A stretch of 38,557 nucleotides of DNA, taken from a virus. Taxonomy: Duplodnaviria > Heunggongvirae > Uroviricota > Caudoviricetes. Numbering within the stretch: the first letter of the stretch is position 1; every line of letters begins with the position of its first letter. Shown here piece by piece: positions 27,741 to 35,433 of this stretch. The translations under genes and the position numbers were made by a program. The DNA lies in IMG/VR virus record IMGVR_UViG_2925891887_000008, one strand, 5' to 3'. Below the pieces are notes generated by a model. That model made no database searches. It was not told the origin of the DNA and saw only the letters and a list, made by a program, of their open reading frames with translations.

Positions 27741-27770
27741 AAGCCTGCGACTTAGCAGGCTTTCTTCATT
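27741..27770 (+). terminator. Rho-independent terminator closing the cargo operon
   Basis: Stem AAGCCTGC, loop gactta, stem GCAGGCTT, followed by TCTTCATT. It begins 5 nt after the stop of micro-ORF 3. Confidence 0.6.
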
Positions 27771-27778
27771 AGCGCGCG

Positions 27779-27797
27779 CTCGTATCCCCGCCACGCC
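27779..27797 (-). other. Probable cos cohesive-end sequence
   Basis: The reverse complement GGCGTGGCGGGGATACGAG shares its first 13 nt with the 186 cohesive end, and 12 of those 13 with the P2 end, as I remember them (GGCGTGGCGGGGAAAGCAT and GGCGAGGCGGGGAAAGCAC). Its orientation relative to Q matches P2. Confidence 0.5.
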
Positions 27798-28139
27798 TGC
27801 CCGCTTTATGTAGTGGTTTTCATGCAGGTGCATGATCTACGCAAAAGCCCGCCAGTTCTGGCGGGCCTTAGCAAAAACGATCCTCAAACGATCATGCAAT
27901 CTCATGCAGCATAGACATGCACAGACGAGTAAAGCGAATCGGACTTTACGCAAGGTGAACTCCTCAGCGGGCATAATCAGTATGTCGGAAGATCTCTAAA
28001 AATGAATAATTCGGTTAACAGGTATGCTTACAAAAGCATATATTTGATTAAAAATCATGTAAGGGGGAGGATCTCAAACTGAATCGCCACGGGTTTTACA
28101 AATTTCGATAGTCTCTCTAACGTTTCGGCTGAGGTCAAA

Positions 28140-28565
28140 ATGAAAAGCTTTTACGTATTAATTTTAATTCTGGTTGCAAGCTTTGTTAGCGTCCCAGTTC
28201 AGGCGGTAACAGCTAAAAACTATGAGAAAGGAACTAAAGCTCAACAGAAATCAATATCTTACCTTTCATGTGCATTCTATGGCAGTAGCACACAATTAGA
28301 TCCTAGCTACACGGAGCAAGTACCTACAGCCGATATCAAGATATTACAGAAAGCAGCTTACCACGCTTACAACGATGCGCTCTCATACTTTGGCTATGAG
28401 GAACCAGATCACGAACAACGCATAATTGATTATGCTGAATTTGTGGCGTCGCAAGAAGCTGTGTTATGGGATAAGCCGGGAATGAATGGAAAGCAGGTAA
28501 CACTAATTGCTCGTTCTCTCTACAATGAGAGTAACTGTAACTTGTTACTGGACTCAATTAAGTAG
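28140..28565 (+). CDS. Hypothetical exported protein (cargo)
   Basis: 141 aa with GAGG upstream. It has a Sec-type signal peptide, MKSFYVLILILVASFVSVPVQA/VT, and is AT-rich. I recognise no family. Confidence 0.65.
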   Translation: MKSFYVLILILVASFVSVPVQAVTAKNYEKGTKAQQKSISYLSCAFYGSSTQLDPSYTEQVPTADIKILQKAAYHAYNDALSYFGYEEPDHEQRIIDYAEFVASQEAVLWDKPGMNGKQVTLIARSLYNESNCNLLLDSIK

Positions 28566-28724
28566 GAAAAAGATGGTATTTTGCCCGTAGTTTCAACCTT
28601 AATCTCCGAACCTGTCGCAGAACGGGCGTTCACTCATCAAATAAACGCCACACCTAACGCCTCACTGTACTCGTTGTTCAACCTTGCTGACGCCAGAACC
28701 AAGTTCAGACGCCAGCAACTTTTC

Positions 28725-28958
28725 TTAATGCAGCCAGCTGTCGTCTTCCCACACCTTCTGCATAATCTTCATCACTTGTTTTCTTTCTTCGTCCAGTTGC
28801 AGTCCGGTCAGTTCCACACCGTTAGAGCTACCTTTGCGGATGCGAATTACCGTTTTGGGATACAGGGGGCGCAGATTGCGGTAAAGCTCGGATTCAAGGG
28901 CGTCCAGGGTAGACTGGCTAATCTTCTGCTCTTTATCGATCATTATTTCAATGCGCAT
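28725..28958 (-). CDS. DinI-family protein
   Basis: From ATG 28958 (GAGGTGA upstream) the ORF is 77 aa: MRIEIMIDKEQKISQSTLDALESELYRNLRPLYPKTVIRIRKGSSNGVELTGLQLDEERKQVMKIMQKVWEDDSWL. It aligns with E. coli DinI (MRIEVTIAKT...ILQETWESADDW). Confidence 0.75.
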   Translation of the reverse strand: MRIEIMIDKEQKISQSTLDALESELYRNLRPLYPKTVIRIRKGSSNGVELTGLQLDEERKQVMKIMQKVWEDDSWLH

Positions 28959-28968
28959 AAAGGTCACC

Positions 28969-29157
28969 TCAGCTGATGACATCCATTGAGCGGTTGTATT
29001 CGTGGGTTCTGATTTTTGCCATGAGTTCATCTGTCAGTTCAGAAACCCACTGCAAAGCCAGCCCCTTCTCTTCATCACTACACTCACTAGCCGCTACAAG
29101 CTTAAGAAAAAAATCAATGCGCTGGAGCTTCAAAGACTCCAAAAAATAGTCCTGCAT
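28969..29157 (-). CDS. Small SOS-controlled protein in the position of the 186 Tum antirepressor
   Basis: ATG 29157 with GGAGGA upstream gives 62 aa (MQDYFLESLKLQRIDFF...). LexA boxes lie immediately upstream and a DinI-like gene 10 nt downstream. The assignment as antirepressor rests on position only. Confidence 0.45.
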   Translation of the reverse strand: MQDYFLESLKLQRIDFFLKLVAASECSDEEKGLALQWVSELTDELMAKIRTHEYNRSMDVIS

Positions 29158-29185
29158 CTTTCCTCCTATGACACCACAAGCAATA

Positions 29186-29216
29186 CTGTATACATAACCA
29201 CTGTTTATATTTACAG
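29186..29216. promoter_or_regulatory. Two abutting LexA (SOS) boxes
   Basis: CTGTTTATATTTACAG (29201-29216) is a perfect CTG-N10-CAG with an AT-rich core. CTGTATACATAACCAC (29186-29201) is a weaker CTG-N10-CAC. Both lie 30-60 bp upstream of the 29157 start. Confidence 0.7.
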
Positions 29217-29310
29217 CACATAATAATCTTACTGATGTAAAACGTTTTTTTACGTTCATTAGCCTGATATGCCTGGTATTATTAAGAGCACGAATTGTTA
29301 ACCCGCGTAA

Positions 29311-31725
29311 TTAATACAGGTTTCGCCACTTATCATCTTCCTGCAAACGCTGGTTCCGATAGAAGATACGCAGGCCTGCTCCTGACGGAATACTGCCGCC
29401 GCGAAGGAGTAAATCGACCTCTTTCTCGCTGCCATTAAATCCTCTGGACTTCAGTTCATAGACGAGCTGCTGTCGCTGATGGTCTGTAATTCGCTGTTTG
29501 TAGTCTTTACGCCGTTTCGGTTTCACCAGGCGTAACCTTGCAGCCAGTTCCCGGCGCTCTTTTTTGCTCATACTGTGCAGGTAATCGTGCAACTCCTTGT
29601 CATCCATGCGGGTAATGTCCGTCCTAGTATCCCCATCAGCTGATTTGTCTTTCCCTTGTTGGTTCAAATTTTCAGCAAGGGGACAGTTATTGCCACGAGT
29701 CCAAGGGGCGCAAGCGCCCTGGTCGGCTGCCGCCTCCTGAACGTCAACGGCCTTACGAACCATTTTCCACTTCACCGCATGAGTGCAGATCTTGCCCTCT
29801 GCAATGGGTGACCAGATGCCATAAATACGAATACCGTGATCGCCATATGCGGTCGGTTCTTCGTTGATTTCATAAGCAGTTCTGATGAGGTGATATTTGC
29901 GGGGAACCAGTACGCCTCCCTGCTTCATGATGTAGGTGGCAAAACAACCAGCATCGGCAGCAGCCAGGATTGCATCAAGGCGCGGGTTATCCAGTACCGG
30001 CGCACCTGCTTTTTTGTCCCCCTGTTGCCTTGCCGCCTGACCAGCCAGCAATCGCAGTTCACGGTAAGCCTGACGCCCCGGAATGCCAAAGAAGCGGAAT
30101 TGCTGAACACGATGCAGAGACGCCCAGGCATTAACGTATTCAGCGTTATCACGCAGGGATTTACCCGTTTCCTTGCTGATCTCGCCAGCCAGACCACGCC
30201 CGTCAATGTTCTTACTGATGTATTTCGCGATGTAGCTTGTTGGCGTACCTTTGCGCGGGTTTATCAGCTCAGACTTAAAGCGTGGTCCCGTGTTATTACC
30301 CAGCTCCTCGCGGTCTTCACGAATGGCAAACTTACGCAACAAAGCAGTAATGGTGCGGCGATCTTTTTTGCGCATAAAACACAACAGGTGCCAGTGAACT
30401 GTACCGTCATGATGCGGCTCAGCCACCCGCACGCCATACCAGCGCAATCCGGCTTTGTGCATCGCCTTACGAAATGCAGCAAACATGCCGACCAGATAAT
30501 CACTGCTTTGTCTTACCGTCGTATTTGTCCAGGTCGGGTTGGGCCTGCCGTTATTTAGCGTGGAATGGAAACGTGACGGACAGGTGATGGTGTAGAAAAC
30601 GGCGCAGTCACCGCGCATTTCCGCGATAAGCTCCAGACCTTTAACACAGGCCATCATCTCATTGCGGCGATGCGCAGGGTTGCTGCTGCTGGCGTTTACC
30701 ACATCCTCCATGTCCAGCGTGTCGCCGTCTTCGTTCACCAGTTCATGAGAACGGAAAAACTCCAGCGACTTACGGCGCTGCTCACGTTTATGCATCATGG
30801 CTTCATAGCTGACATAGGGAGATGCTTTTTTGCTGACCAGGCAAACAGCACGCAACTGCTCTTCCCGCCATTCGCAACGCATCTTCCATAATTTCCGGTA
30901 CCACCAATCGGCGCACAACATACGCGCCAGCGAACCCGGAATGAGTTCATAGGGCACGGGTTTACGGCGGTTTCTTTTCCGGCGGAGTTGCTCAAACGCA
31001 GGCGGTATGACATCCAGTCGCAGGGTTTCTGCTGCCACCTTTTCCCATGTCTTGCGGATTTCTTCTGGCTTAACGTCATCGGTGGCATACAAATCGCCAC
31101 AAGCTGCATCAAGGCACATGCTCATATGCGCAGCAACAAGGGTGGACAGGCGTTTCACCTGATCCTGACTCATTTCAGGCAGAATCAGCAGGCCGTCCAG
31201 CCCTTCATGGCTTGCCATAAAGCGAAAAGAAGTGGATAGCTGACTGTCGCGTACATGCTCCAGCCGTTCCAGACATGGCTTAATCGTCTCACGTAAATAG
31301 CGGGAATAAGCCTTTGGCCTGCCAAGGCTGCTGAAGTATTCAATACGTTGCATCAGCGGCCTGCTGATATGGGAAGGCTGGGCGTTAACGTCTGCCAGAA
31401 TGACCATGTCCGGGTTAAAACGCTGCTGCTCATGCGCCAACTTTGCCCGGCTAATGAACTTATCCTGCTCCATTTCGCGCTGGACAGGATCACGGGATTC
31501 ATTAAAGAAATAACGCTCCCAAACCTGATCACTCAGTGCCTCGCGGCGCAGTTGTTCCTGCTCGTTATCGGCAGCGTACAGAGTGATCAGGTTTGAAAGC
31601 GCAGAAACCGGCGCAACTTCCGCCGGGTCCAGATAAGGGTTAATAGCCTTTTTCGGGCTGTTCCATGAGAATGCTGCGGCGGCCTCGTTAAAGCCGCTGC
31701 AGTTGTTCATATCAGCATGGCTCAT
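29311..31725 (-). CDS. A: Replication initiation protein A (rolling-circle HUH nickase)
   Basis: 804 aa with an HUH-like motif ([13 protein letters not shown]) and paired tyrosines ([11 protein letters not shown]), as in P2 gpA. Confidence 0.85.
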   Translation of the reverse strand: MSHADMNNCSGFNEAAAAFSWNSPKKAINPYLDPAEVAPVSALSNLITLYAADNEQEQLRREALSDQVWERYFFNESRDPVQREMEQDKFISRAKLAHEQQRFNPDMVILADVNAQPSHISRPLMQRIEYFSSLGRPKAYSRYLRETIKPCLERLEHVRDSQLSTSFRFMASHEGLDGLLILPEMSQDQVKRLSTLVAAHMSMCLDAACGDLYATDDVKPEEIRKTWEKVAAETLRLDVIPPAFEQLRRKRNRRKPVPYELIPGSLARMLCADWWYRKLWKMRCEWREEQLRAVCLVSKKASPYVSYEAMMHKREQRRKSLEFFRSHELVNEDGDTLDMEDVVNASSSNPAHRRNEMMACVKGLELIAEMRGDCAVFYTITCPSRFHSTLNNGRPNPTWTNTTVRQSSDYLVGMFAAFRKAMHKAGLRWYGVRVAEPHHDGTVHWHLLCFMRKKDRRTITALLRKFAIREDREELGNNTGPRFKSELINPRKGTPTSYIAKYISKNIDGRGLAGEISKETGKSLRDNAEYVNAWASLHRVQQFRFFGIPGRQAYRELRLLAGQAARQQGDKKAGAPVLDNPRLDAILAAADAGCFATYIMKQGGVLVPRKYHLIRTAYEINEEPTAYGDHGIRIYGIWSPIAEGKICTHAVKWKMVRKAVDVQEAAADQGACAPWTRGNNCPLAENLNQQGKDKSADGDTRTDITRMDDKELHDYLHSMSKKERRELAARLRLVKPKRRKDYKQRITDHQRQQLVYELKSRGFNGSEKEVDLLLRGGSIPSGAGLRIFYRNQRLQEDDKWRNLY

Positions 31726-32579
31726 GCACGCACTCCGTACACGGCAGAACTATCCACGCCACGCGAAGGATCAAATCCCACCCAGCAGCGCGCCCCAGAA
31801 ACAGCGATGATTTCTGTTGCAGATTTACTCTCGCCAGCCGACACACCGATGCTGCGTTGTGCCTTGATGTAGTGGTGAGTGAAATTTCGATACAGCGAAC
31901 GGATCAGGGATGTGTCACTGTTAGAAACAATGACTGGATGACCTTCTGATGATCGATATTCAAGAACAGATGCCAGGTGATACTGGTCATCTTCAGTGAA
32001 GCCGTTAGTGTGATAGCCGGAAAACGTACCGTCATAAGGCGGATCGCAATACACCACATCCCCCACCTGCAGCATCGCCAGCGTTTCATCAAAGCTGGCG
32101 CAGATAAACGTTGCTTGCTGGGCTTTCTCTGCAAATGCGCGAATTTCTTTTTCAGGGAAATACGGATTTTTATAATTACCGTATGGAATGTTGAAATGCC
32201 CGCTCTTGTTATAACGACATAACCCACGGTAACCATGACGATTGAGATACAGGAAATATACCGCTTTCATGAAATCAGTAATTTCAGTGGAGTAATTAAA
32301 CTCCTGCCTTATGTTGTAATAAGCCAACTCCCTGTTTGCTTCCTCAAATAAAGCTCTGGCACGAGATATAAACGCCTCGCAATCAGCAGCAACCTTTTTA
32401 TAGAGGTTGATTAAATCAGGATTAATATCCGCAACAAGATAGCTGGGGTAATCCGTCTCCATCATCACAGCACAGGAACCCGCGAAAGGTTCAACCAGTC
32501 GCGGGCCAGCAGGAAGGTGTTTTTTCAGTTCGGACATAATGGCGGTTTTATTTCCCGCCCATTTCAGGATGGTGCTCAT
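31722..32579 (-). CDS. dam: DNA adenine methyltransferase (Dam family)
   Basis: ATG 32579 (GGAGG 6 nt upstream, ATGA overlap with the upstream gene) gives 285 aa. Motifs: [14 protein letters not shown] and DPPY. Confidence 0.85.
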   Translation of the reverse strand: MSTILKWAGNKTAIMSELKKHLPAGPRLVEPFAGSCAVMMETDYPSYLVADINPDLINLYKKVAADCEAFISRARALFEEANRELAYYNIRQEFNYSTEITDFMKAVYFLYLNRHGYRGLCRYNKSGHFNIPYGNYKNPYFPEKEIRAFAEKAQQATFICASFDETLAMLQVGDVVYCDPPYDGTFSGYHTNGFTEDDQYHLASVLEYRSSEGHPVIVSNSDTSLIRSLYRNFTHHYIKAQRSIGVSAGESKSATEIIAVSGARCWVGFDPSRGVDSSAVYGVRA

Positions 32580-32803
32580 ACAGCACCTCCGTTGTAATGT
32601 TTGCCTTTCAGCTCTGCAATTTCCTGGCAGGTAATGCAAAGCTGCACACCCGGAATGGCACGGCGGCGTGCTGGCGGAATTGGCGCTTCACACTCAATGC
32701 AAAGCACGCGAGACACGCCCGGTGTTTTGGCACGGGCAGCACGGATATGGCGCTGGCGTTCTTCTTCAACGCGCTGCTGTACGAGATCCATTGCATCAGC
32801 CAT
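32576..32803 (-). CDS. TraR/DksA-family C4 zinc-finger protein
   Basis: 75 aa with the motif CIECEAPIP...RRRAIPGVQLCITCQ. Confidence 0.75.
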   Translation of the reverse strand: MADAMDLVQQRVEEERQRHIRAARAKTPGVSRVLCIECEAPIPPARRRAIPGVQLCITCQEIAELKGKHYNGGAV

Positions 32804-33042
32804 TAGTGGATCTCCTGCGCTTCGTTCTGGATTGCTTCAGCAGTCACACGCAGCAGTTCTGCCGCTTCCACGTGGTTTAGCTGACGGGATGAGATATGAC
32901 ACGCCAGGCTATCAAGGCGAGCTGCCATTGCTTCAGCCCTTGCCCGGCGTTCTTCCAGACGAGCCACTGTCAGTAAAATATTAAGCCCTGCATCATCCGA
33001 TCCGGTTTTAGTCGTGAGGATCTCAATATTACGCATAATCAA
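32803..33042 (-). CDS. Hypothetical early-operon protein
   Basis: 79-aa ORF tightly packed in the early operon. I recognise no family. Confidence 0.5.
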   Translation of the reverse strand: MIMRNIEILTTKTGSDDAGLNILLTVARLEERRARAEAMAARLDSLACHISSRQLNHVEAAELLRVTAEAIQNEAQEIH

Positions 33043-33103
33043 TTCTCCTGAATTTAGATAAAGGGATGCTCGGCGGGTTTACGCCATTAATTTCATTAGT
33101 TGG

Positions 33104-33445
33104 TTAATTCGGCATGGTTAGCCGTCTGGGAAATAAGCTCACCACTGCACGAAAATGATTCATTGCTTTAATCAACTCCCGCTTTTCGTCAGTGGTCAGC
33201 TCATTGATGCTGATGCTATGACGTTCAGCCGGAATTTTTGCCATAAAGAATATGGCTGCCAGTGCTCGTTTATTTTGTTCGTTATTGATATCCCGTGGAT
33301 CACGCATATCTTTAATAAACCGCTCAAGCTCTGACTCAATATTCAGGCCAAAAACTTTTGCCCTTAATTCCGCTATGTGATTAAGTCCATTCAGGCGTTC
33401 ACCGGGGCTTAATGGAACAGTCGCCGCAGCGCCTTCAATAGCCAT
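33104..33445 (-). CDS. Hypothetical early-operon protein
   Basis: 113-aa ORF with GGGGGA upstream of the ATG. I recognise no family. Confidence 0.55.
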   Translation of the reverse strand: MAIEGAAATVPLSPGERLNGLNHIAELRAKVFGLNIESELERFIKDMRDPRDINNEQNKRALAAIFFMAKIPAERHSISINELTTDEKRELIKAMNHFRAVVSLFPRRLTMPN

Positions 33446-33609
33446 TTGTTCCCCCGTTTTTTCGTAGATAGTTCTGCCAGCAATTCATCTTGTGAACGGC
33501 ACGGATGCCAGCGTTTACCATCCTCACCCATGATCCAGCCGTGACCGTAGTGCATTGCCGGGCTTTGTTTTACCAGCAGCGATGCAAATGATGGTTCTTT
33601 CGTCAGCAT
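33409..33609 (-). CDS. Hypothetical small early protein (position of 186 fil)
   Basis: The internal ATG at 33609 (MLTKEPSFASLLVKQ...) gives 66 aa just after cII. It overlaps the next ORF by 37 nt. Function unknown. Confidence 0.4.
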   Translation of the reverse strand: MLTKEPSFASLLVKQSPAMHYGHGWIMGEDGKRWHPCRSQDELLAELSTKKRGNKWLLKALRRLFH

Positions 33610-33616
33610 AAGCACC

Positions 33617-34126
33617 TCACAGCAAACCGAATGAAGCACCGAGGCCAGTCACGGTATCAACTGCACTCGCCATTGCAGGATTAGCCTGTAAACGGGCCTG
33701 CAATGAAACAGCAGCCAGCGCCATCAGTCGTGTTACAGAGTTAATGCTGCTGATAGCATCACGACGACCGGCACTAGTTTTTACATCACCAGATACCGCA
33801 CCTGCTGCAACACGTCCGATCTCTGCAGTTGCGCTCATGACGTAATGCGGCAGTTTCTCTTTTGCAACCTCATTAATCGGTACACATGGCAGGCAGTGAA
33901 TCTGTGCCAGAAAACCATCTACCAGCGTTGAATCTTCAGTCAGATCGGTAAGCAGCCAGATTTCTGGTGCGGTTAATAAATGAGGCTGAGCTGGGTTCAG
34001 CTTGTTCCGCAGAATCTGCACATTCATGCCTGCACGTTCTGCCAGTTGCACCAGATTGTGGCGCAGTGCAAATGCACGACAGGCTTCATCAAAATGTGGA
34101 TGTTTGGAAACTTGGTAATCAAACAT
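33617..34126 (-). CDS. cII: CII-like lysogeny establishment activator (186 type)
   Basis: From ATG 34126 the ORF is 169 aa. [24 protein letters not shown]...[27 protein letters not shown]... closely matches 186 CII as I remember it. Confidence 0.85.
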   Translation of the reverse strand: MFDYQVSKHPHFDEACRAFALRHNLVQLAERAGMNVQILRNKLNPAQPHLLTAPEIWLLTDLTEDSTLVDGFLAQIHCLPCVPINEVAKEKLPHYVMSATAEIGRVAAGAVSGDVKTSAGRRDAISSINSVTRLMALAAVSLQARLQANPAMASAVDTVTGLGASFGLL

Positions 34127-34158
34127 GGTCAATGCCTCTGATGTATTTCAGAATCGAA

Positions 34159-34380
34159 CTAATTAAGGTTTAGATTGCATTCTGAAAGCGCATCAACGGT
34201 CATGGCTGCTATGTTGATCATCACTTTTTCGCGTTTTTTATCTTTGCGCAAACGGTGACGGATAAGGCGTCCATCAGCCAACATGTCATTGATGGTATCG
34301 ATGGACAGTCCTGTCAGCTCGCTATAGCGTTCAATAGTCACATGAGGCGTGGTAAGAGTGATTGAAATGTTAGGTCTCAT
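34159..34380 (-). CDS. apl: Apl/Cox-like excisionase and lytic-switch HTH protein
   Basis: 73 aa. It is the first gene of the early lytic operon, divergent from cI, with a helix-turn-helix-like segment ([24 protein letters not shown]). Confidence 0.65.
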   Translation of the reverse strand: MRPNISITLTTPHVTIERYSELTGLSIDTINDMLADGRLIRHRLRKDKKREKVMINIAAMTVDALSECNLNLN

Positions 34381-34452
34381 GATGCAACATTCCTCGTTTA
34401 ATGATGATTAATCAGGACGAATACGGATCGTTTGTATTTTGTGAACACCATA

Positions 34453-34481
34453 AACATACGATCGCACTATGAAATCGTCAA
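34453..34481 (-). promoter_or_regulatory. Candidate early lytic promoter (pR-like)
   Basis: On the minus strand, TTGACG is followed by 17 nt and then TATGTT. It is positioned to transcribe apl and cII. Confidence 0.5.
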
Positions 34482-34505
34482 GATAAAAGTTCACTTGGAG
34501 TGACC

Positions 34506-35075
34506 ATGAATTTGGAGAAAGGCGGACGAGGCGCTATAGAGCGCATGGTAGAAGCTTATGGATTCAAAACTCGACAGGCGTTGTGCGATCATTTAGGAAT
34601 CTCTAAAAGTACACTCGCTACACGCTACATGCGTGACTCATTCCCAGCAGAATGGGTAATCCAGTGCGCCCTTGAAACGGGCACCTCGCTTAATTGGCTC
34701 ACAACTGGACATGGTTCAAAGCAAACTTCAGGTAATACAAATACGATGGAAGTTGCTAAATATGTATTATCTGATGGTGCCTTGCGTGAAGACGGTTTTT
34801 ATATTTTTGATAAGGGATTTCTACCCTCTACGTTTAAAAAACCTTTTGTCATCACAGATAACAATTCTGAATTTATTTGTGATAAAGAATTTGATGATAT
34901 ACGTGATGGTAAATGGGTAATAAGTATTGATGGCGAAATAACAATCCGCGACATTACTCGTTTACCCGGTGGAAGAATCTTCGTTGAAGGTGGAAACAGA
35001 ACCTTCGAGTGCAAGATAGAAGATGTTGAAATAATTGGAAAAATTATAAGTTTGACAATTAAGTACGTTAGGTAA
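34506..35075 (+). CDS. cI: CI immunity repressor (186 type)
   Basis: ATG 34506 (GGAG 5 nt upstream) gives 189 aa. The N-terminal HTH region ...MVEAYGFKTRQALCDHLGISKSTLATRYMRD...CALETGTSLNWLTTGHG resembles 186 CI. Confidence 0.8.
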   Translation: MNLEKGGRGAIERMVEAYGFKTRQALCDHLGISKSTLATRYMRDSFPAEWVIQCALETGTSLNWLTTGHGSKQTSGNTNTMEVAKYVLSDGALREDGFYIFDKGFLPSTFKKPFVITDNNSEFICDKEFDDIRDGKWVISIDGEITIRDITRLPGGRIFVEGGNRTFECKIEDVEIIGKIISLTIKYVR

Positions 35076-35090
35076 TACCGGGAGGAAACT

Positions 35091-35282
35091 ATGCTTGGTA
35101 AGGTATTTTTTGTGGTTTTATCATGCTCTTTGTTATTAAACCCACTAACTACCTATGCTAAAAATTATCCTTGTTCTGGGAAAAAGGGAGGTGTCTCTCA
35201 CTGTACCTCCGATGGAAAGTTCGTTTGCAATGATGGAACTATTAGTAAATCAAAAAAAATCTGTACTAAAAACTCGCGATAA
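35091..35282 (+). CDS. Small Cys-rich exported protein (lysogeny-operon cargo)
   Basis: 63 aa. GGAGG precedes the ATG. It has a signal peptide ([23 protein letters not shown]) and a mature part with 4 Cys ([32 protein letters not shown]). Confidence 0.55.
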   Translation: MLGKVFFVVLSCSLLLNPLTTYAKNYPCSGKKGGVSHCTSDGKFVCNDGTISKSKKICTKNSR

Positions 35283-35433
35283 TTTTTGCTTTTATATCTG
35301 CGCCTAATATAACAATGAGCCGCAGGCTAACCGCAAAAGTCACATACTCACATAGCAAAAAATAGCCAACTTCATTATGGCTTCAGTGAGATGTATGGTC
35401 GCAAGATTTCATACATTGACACTGGTTATACAT

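Noticed and set aside
27822-27914. 30-codon plus-strand ORF in the cos-adjacent non-coding region
   Set aside because: It has no Shine-Dalgarno sequence and overlaps hairpin and repeat elements that are more plausibly packaging signals.
28581-28976. 131-aa plus-strand ORF after the exported cargo gene
   Set aside because: It is antisense to the DinI-family gene, which has a clear homologue and ribosome-binding site. The plus-frame product looks like nothing known.
33409-33639. Full 76-aa version of the small ORF overlapping the 3' end of cII
   Set aside because: The upstream extension overlaps the cII coding sequence. I kept only the shorter form starting at 33609, and that with low confidence.
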